Assembly: GCA_041615815.1 (NCBI GenBank)
Contig: JBFJCP010000003.1
Coordinates: 127,125-191,124 of the forward strand
DNA: 64,000 nucleotides
Direction of reading: 5' to 3'
Source: Gemmatimonadales bacterium
GTDB lineage: Bacteria; Gemmatimonadota; Gemmatimonadetes; Gemmatimonadales; GWC2-71-9
Below the pieces are notes generated by a model. The model saw only the letters and a program-made list of their open reading frames with translations. It ran no database searches and was not told where the DNA came from. A program made the translations under genes and the position numbers. This document shows, one piece after another, positions 58,948 through 64,000 of this stretch (its first letter is position 1; every line of letters begins with the position of its first letter).

Positions 58948-59643
58948 CTACTGCCGGCCCTCCGCCGCATCCACGTGGATGCGCTCTTGCGCCACTCGCG
59001 CGGCCCGCGGCCGAAAGAGATCCCGCATTCTCGGCTTGTGTCGAACGACGAGCACCACCTCTCCCTGTGGGCTCGGCTCGACCCCATCGAGCACAAGATA
59101 GAGGGGGAGCGGGACCCTCGGGACCTCGGCGCGATATCGGCGGCCATGCCATTCGATTTCCAGGTTGGGCGGCAGCTCTCCCACCACCCGCTCCAGAAAG
59201 ACGTCGTCGTCCACACGATATACCCCTGCTTCCACCCGCTCACCGTACCGGTAAAACAGCGGGTCGAAGCTTCCACCCTCCACCCGAGCGAAGTTCTGCT
59301 CGGCCGCCCAGTCGTAGCGCTCGAGCCCCGGCGACCCAGCCTGCCATTCCAGATGATGACGTAATTCGTGAACGAGCGTCTCCCATGCCTCCCCTCGCCA
59401 ATCGAAACCCGGTTGCTCACGGGCCAACGCCTCGAACGAGCCGTAGTACAAAACGACCCGCGAGGTCACATGGTCGCTGCCCGAGTCGATCGGAATACAC
59501 TCGCCCAGGGTGTAGACGTGAGGGCGCGTCGGATGGGCGATCGTTTGGGGGCTGACGTCGACGGCCGCGATCCCGTCCAGATACTCCTCCGGGACCTCGT
59601 CGACCATCCGACGGACCATGGCGCGAAACGGCTCGGGGCGCAC
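58948..59643 (-). CDS. Zincin-like metallopeptidase (Zincin_1-type) with C-terminal extension
   Basis: VLYYGSF..ETLVHELRHH. Confidence 0.8.
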   Translation of the reverse strand: MRPEPFRAMVRRMVDEVPEEYLDGIAAVDVSPQTIAHPTRPHVYTLGECIPIDSGSDHVTSRVVLYYGSFEALAREQPGFDWRGEAWETLVHELRHHLEWQAGSPGLERYDWAAEQNFARVEGGSFDPLFYRYGERVEAGVYRVDDDVFLERVVGELPPNLEIEWHGRRYRAEVPRVPLPLYLVLDGVEPSPQGEVVLVVRHKPRMRDLFRPRAARVAQERIHVDAAEGRQ

Positions 59644-59656
59644 GGTCCGAGGCTCG

Positions 59657-61234
59657 TCACGGCCCTGAAGCCGGCGGACGAGCTTCCAACGACGCAGCGA
59701 CTCCCGCGGTGTGCCGGCCGAGCCATCGGTTCAGCAGCAATAACCCAACGAACACGACGCCCCATTGGAGAAGGATCGTGCCCACGTTTTCGATGCCCAG
59801 TGGATTGAGCCAACCCGTCGGATCCCAACCGCGGGCCTGATAGAGCCACCAGACCAGGAGGATCAACGCCTCCAACGGGACGATGACGCCGATGACGATG
59901 TCCCACCACCGTCCGATTCGGATATCGGAGTGTTCGTGATTGAGTTGTTCCTCGCGGAACCGTCGCACACCCCACGCGATGATGGCCACGGCGAAGAAGA
60001 ACCCCGACACCATCAGGGCCACGCCCCAGACCCAATCCTGGTTATGGAGGATCTGCAGAGACAACGCCGACGGCAATCCGAGCAGGAAGCCACCCGTGCC
60101 CACGATCCGCACGGCACGCGCCCTGGAGACTCCAGCGTCACGCAACACGCGAGTTGCCAGCTCAATCATGGCGATGAGACTGGTAAAGGCCGCGAATGCC
60201 AGCGCCAGAAAAAAGATGATCATGAAGAACTGCCCGAAGGGGACTCGGGCAAACAGCTGTGGCATCCAGATAAACGTGAGCCCCTCGTTTCCCGATGCGA
60301 AGATGGTCGTCTGGATGAGGTCGGACGAGAGGGGTTCCCCGCCGCGAACGGCCTCGGCGAGCGCAGGGTAGGCGCTCAAGGCATCGGGATCCACGGCGAG
60401 ATTGGCAACGAGTTGGGGCACCACCGAAAAGACCGTACAGAGCACCATGATCCCGGCGAGCAACGATACCGTATTGTTGGCCGTCGGAAGAATGAAGGCG
60501 TTGAGCGCCGTGTCCTCGTTGACCCGTAGGTAGGCGGCGTACGTCAGCACGAGTCCCCAGCCGGCACCAGTGTCCCACGCATTTTGCGTGAGGGCTTGGA
60601 GCCATATATTCGCGTTCGCCAGCTCCCCCCAGTCCACCGTGAAGAGATACGACAGGCCACCGGACGCGTTGGGGAGGGTGATGGCCCGCATCGCCAGGAC
60701 CACCACGAGGATGAGCAGAATCGGCATGAGCACCTTGGCCACGCGTTCGATCGCGCGCACGCCTCGAGAGACCACGAGCGTGCCGAGTCCAATGGCCAGC
60801 CCGTGTGTCACCACAGGCCACCACGACGTCGTGTAGCGTTGCCAAAAGGCCCCGGGCTCGGTCCCAGGAATCTCACCCGTCACCGATGCCACGACGTAGC
60901 GGATGGTCCAACCGGCCACCACGGAGTAGTAGAACATGATCGCTGTGGCAATGAACGCGACGAACGCGCCCATCCACGCCCATCGGGGGCCGAGCAAACG
61001 AATGAAGGCGCCCACCGGACCAGTGCGGGTCATCCTTCCGGCGCCGAACTCCACCAGGATGAGCGGTATCGACCACAACAGCAGAAACGTCACCCACGCC
61101 ACGATGAACTCACCGCCGCCGTTCTGCGCAGCGATCCGGGGGAACCGCCAGATGTTGCCGGTACCCACGGCCATGCCGAGCATGGCGAGGAGCATGACCC
61201 ATCGGGACGAAAAGGCTTCGGTGCGCTGCGTCAC
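59657..61234 (-). CDS. Sodium-dependent transporter, NSS/SNF family
   Basis: GMAVGTGNIWRFP..NGGG, FYYSVVAGW, FAAFTSLI. Confidence 0.94.
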   Translation of the reverse strand: MTQRTEAFSSRWVMLLAMLGMAVGTGNIWRFPRIAAQNGGGEFIVAWVTFLLLWSIPLILVEFGAGRMTRTGPVGAFIRLLGPRWAWMGAFVAFIATAIMFYYSVVAGWTIRYVVASVTGEIPGTEPGAFWQRYTTSWWPVVTHGLAIGLGTLVVSRGVRAIERVAKVLMPILLILVVVLAMRAITLPNASGGLSYLFTVDWGELANANIWLQALTQNAWDTGAGWGLVLTYAAYLRVNEDTALNAFILPTANNTVSLLAGIMVLCTVFSVVPQLVANLAVDPDALSAYPALAEAVRGGEPLSSDLIQTTIFASGNEGLTFIWMPQLFARVPFGQFFMIIFFLALAFAAFTSLIAMIELATRVLRDAGVSRARAVRIVGTGGFLLGLPSALSLQILHNQDWVWGVALMVSGFFFAVAIIAWGVRRFREEQLNHEHSDIRIGRWWDIVIGVIVPLEALILLVWWLYQARGWDPTGWLNPLGIENVGTILLQWGVVFVGLLLLNRWLGRHTAGVAASLEARPPASGP

Positions 61235-61277
61235 TGGTTTCCTCCGTATCGCGGACGCGGCCGAAGGGTCGATGTCG

Positions 61278-62735
61278 TCACGAAAGGGCCGCGGTAAGGC
61301 GAGCGGTTACCGGCGCGAACCCCAGGTCGGAACCGCTGAACTCGGCAGCCAGCCGATCCGCCGGATCCGCCTGCCCGCGGCTCATGAGAGCCTCCACGGC
61401 CTCCCCAGCCTTGGGGTTCCGGAACCAGTCCTCGTCGAAGCGCTCCACCAGCGTGGAGGCGAGCGCAGCCTCCAGCTGCCAGGCACGGAGGTACCGCGCG
61501 GCATAGAACCCCGGGTCCACGTCCAACAGCGCATCCTCTTCGGGATAGCGGAACCGCGTGGCACTCGTCAGTCGTTCGGCATACCGCGGTCCGAGGTCAG
61601 TGAGATCGCTCCGATGCAGCACCAACTCGTAACACAGCTTGGCGGCGTAACGCCGGAGCATGTAGAGCTCGTTCACCGACAGTTGCATCGCGAGCTCGCC
61701 CGCCTGTTGCTTCGTGAGCCCGGCATACCGGCGAAGCCACGATGGGTCCAATGTGAGATGGTCCCACAGCATGGCGAACCCTTCGGTCACGGAATTGTCT
61801 CCGAGCCATCGCGCTGCAAACGAGAGGTCCGACCTCGCGGACGCGAAGTGCATGGCGTGCCCGAGCTCGTGCCAAAACGTGCGATAATCCGTGTGACCAC
61901 CACGTGGTCGCAACACCAGATAGACTTCCTCGGGCACGCGGACGGGTACGCAGAACGCCCGGGGTTGTTTGGCGGGGCGTTCCACGGTGTCGAACCGAAC
62001 CCGACCACCCCGCGTGGCGTCGAGCCCCATATCATCCATCTGCGTCGTCGCCGTCTCCACCAATCCCGTGGGATCGAAGGCGTCATCGAAGCGGTCCGCC
62101 CGAAACACCCATGCGGCATCGCCGCGGACCAGATCGTCGATGCCCGTTCCCAGCCGCTGCCGGACGAGTGGGCTGAGACCGTCCTCGTACATCGCGGACG
62201 TCTCATGCAAGAAGGCGGCGGCGGCGGTTCCCATCGCGTCCAAATCGATCCCGGACAGCCACGAGATGGCCTCCACGTAGTCGCCCAGGCCGAGCGCTGC
62301 CACCTCGTGGTGTTCGATCGCAAAGCGCTCCCGTCGGATCGGTGTCAACGCCTCGCTCCCCGCTCGCACCCGTGTCTCATCGAGGGCCGCGCGAAACGCA
62401 CGATCCGCTGAGTTTGCCAACTCGATGGGTGCGCGCAGATACGGAATCTCGGCACCGTTCACTCGTAGACTCGCCGCCTGCTCCCAGACCAACTGCCGCT
62501 CATCGAGTGGGGCCACTCGCCGCCCCACCCGGACGTCGACGATCCATTCCAACAGCACGCGATCACCGGACGCCCGTGCCACGTCGAGCGCTTCGTTGCC
62601 TTGCAGATCGTGATATCGATCGAAAATCGGCTGAAACGCCGGCTCGGTCTTGAGTCCGGCTCCTGTGAGGTAATACTCGCGGCCCAGCTCTCCATGAAAT
62701 GCTTCGCCGCGCTCGAGGAGTCGCTCGAGGTTCAT
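61278..62735 (-). CDS. Gluzincin metallopeptidase (M3/M32-like)
   Basis: [14 protein letters not shown], downstream TEGFA third ligand, YAARYLRA. Confidence 0.8.
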   Translation of the reverse strand: MNLERLLERGEAFHGELGREYYLTGAGLKTEPAFQPIFDRYHDLQGNEALDVARASGDRVLLEWIVDVRVGRRVAPLDERQLVWEQAASLRVNGAEIPYLRAPIELANSADRAFRAALDETRVRAGSEALTPIRRERFAIEHHEVAALGLGDYVEAISWLSGIDLDAMGTAAAAFLHETSAMYEDGLSPLVRQRLGTGIDDLVRGDAAWVFRADRFDDAFDPTGLVETATTQMDDMGLDATRGGRVRFDTVERPAKQPRAFCVPVRVPEEVYLVLRPRGGHTDYRTFWHELGHAMHFASARSDLSFAARWLGDNSVTEGFAMLWDHLTLDPSWLRRYAGLTKQQAGELAMQLSVNELYMLRRYAAKLCYELVLHRSDLTDLGPRYAERLTSATRFRYPEEDALLDVDPGFYAARYLRAWQLEAALASTLVERFDEDWFRNPKAGEAVEALMSRGQADPADRLAAEFSGSDLGFAPVTARLTAALS

Positions 62736-64000
62736 GCGCTGAGCTTCGGAACGAGATAGTCGACTAAGCGGTCTGCCGCCACCCGATCCTGCTCGAGGCT
62801 ATCCCGATCCCGCACCGTCACCGTTTGGTCCTCGAGACTCTGCCCATCGACGGTGATACAGAACGGCGTGCCGACTTCGTCCTGGCGACGATAGCGTCGG
62901 CCAATGGCCCCCGAGTCGTCGTAAAAGGTCCGAACCCGGCGGCGCAGATCGTCCGCGATCCGATGGGCGACTTCCGGCATACCGTCCTTCTTGACCAACG
63001 GAAAGACTCCGGTCTGGACCGGCGCGATGCTGGGATGAAGACCAAGCACCACGCGCTTATCCTCCTTGACCGTCTCTTCCCGATACGCGTCCACGAGCGC
63101 GACGAGTGCGAGCCGATCTGCCCCCAGCGAGGTCTCGATGATATACGGGATGAATCGATCCCCGGACGCGGTATCGACGTATTCCAGCTTCTTGCCCGAG
63201 TACTCCTGATGCCGTCTGAGATCGAAGTCCGTCCGGTTGTGGATCCCTTCGAACTCCTGCCAGCCAAAGGGGAACTCGTACTCGATGTCGTACGCGGCCT
63301 TGGCGTAGTGGGCCAACTCCTCGCTCGCATGTGCGTGAAACCGGAGCTTCGCTGGATCGATGCCGAGGCCCTGGTGCCACTCCATCCGACGGCTTCGCCA
63401 CTCCTCGAACGACGCCTCGTCATCTCCCGGCTTCACGAAATACTGCATCTCCATCTGTTCGAATTCTCGTGTGCGGAAAATGAAGTTCCCCGGCGTGATC
63501 TCGTTGCGAAAAGCCTTGCCTATCTGAGCGATACCAAAGGGGATCTTCTGGCGCGACGCCTGCATCACGTTCAGATAGTTGACGTAGATCCCCTGCGCCG
63601 TCTCGGGACGGAGATACACCACGGCCGCCGCTTCCTCGACCGGACCCATGAACGTCTTAAACATCAGGTTGAACATCCGGGGCTCGGTGAGCGACCCTTT
63701 GTTGCCGCAGACGGGACACTGCGCGCCGGGATCCCCCGGTGTCCCCTTGATTCGCTCGTCGTCTGCCCGGAATCGATTCTTGCAAATCCTGCAATCGACC
63801 AGTGGATCGGTGAACCCGGAAACGTGACCTGAGGCCTCCCACACCTTCGGGTGCATGAGAATGGCCGCATCCACTCCCTCGATGTCTGGCCGCTCGTACA
63901 CCATCGAGTGCCACCACCGGTCCTTGAGATTCTTCTTGAGCTCCACCCCGAGGGGACCGTAATCCCACACCGAACCCAGTCCGCCGTAGATCTCCGACGA
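62732..64000 (-). CDS. glyQS: Glycine--tRNA ligase (alpha2 type), 5' end outside window
   Basis: [53 protein letters not shown]. Confidence 0.97.
   Translation of the reverse strand, partial: SSEIYGGLGSVWDYGPLGVELKKNLKDRWWHSMVYERPDIEGVDAAILMHPKVWEASGHVSGFTDPLVDCRICKNRFRADDERIKGTPGDPGAQCPVCGNKGSLTEPRMFNLMFKTFMGPVEEAAAVVYLRPETAQGIYVNYLNVMQASRQKIPFGIAQIGKAFRNEITPGNFIFRTREFEQMEMQYFVKPGDDEASFEEWRSRRMEWHQGLGIDPAKLRFHAHASEELAHYAKAAYDIEYEFPFGWQEFEGIHNRTDFDLRRHQEYSGKKLEYVDTASGDRFIPYIIETSLGADRLALVALVDAYREETVKEDKRVVLGLHPSIAPVQTGVFPLVKKDGMPEVAHRIADDLRRRVRTFYDDSGAIGRRYRRQDEVGTPFCITVDGQSLEDQTVTVRDRDSLEQDRVAADRLVDYLVPKLSA

Noticed and set aside
1..64000. CRISPR arrays, tRNA/rRNA, IS elements, prophage, known defence systems
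   Set aside because: None seen; the sirtuin is a typical CobB in a housekeeping operon rather than a defence SIR2

Overview
High-GC (roughly two-thirds G+C by eye) bacterial chromosome segment. Gene content and protein style suggest Gemmatimonadota (inference). Most of the window is housekeeping, transcribed on the minus strand. The left block is cinA-pgsA-mglA-mglB-recR-ybaB-dnaX-ffs-trkH/trkA-ltaE-pyk-cobB-ispG-nrdJ. The right block is ccdA-speB-pdaD-fur-priA-HDAC-glyQS. The middle holds a divergent Hanks-type phosphosignalling locus (20.1-29.7 kb): kinase-PEGA-TonB_C, cell-wall amidase, Zn-ribbon/FHA protein, kinase, PP2C and an FHA-protease. A more accessory region follows at 29.8-43 kb. 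The most notable observations are: (i) a low-GC, ORF-only gene between two diverged ~180-bp copies of a host gene junction; (ii) the phosphosignalling/protease/amidase locus with candidate sigma54 promoters; (iii) a promoter, a 25-aa leader ORF and mutually exclusive RNA pairings upstream of a fur-arginine decarboxylase-agmatinase operon; (iv) a ubiquitin-like protein in a zincin/HDAC cluster; (v) a lipoprotein fused to a pilin-like domain; (vi) an SRP RNA with a pentaloop. No CRISPR array, rRNA, tRNA, integrase or transposase was seen. All calls are from reading the sequence; no searches were run.
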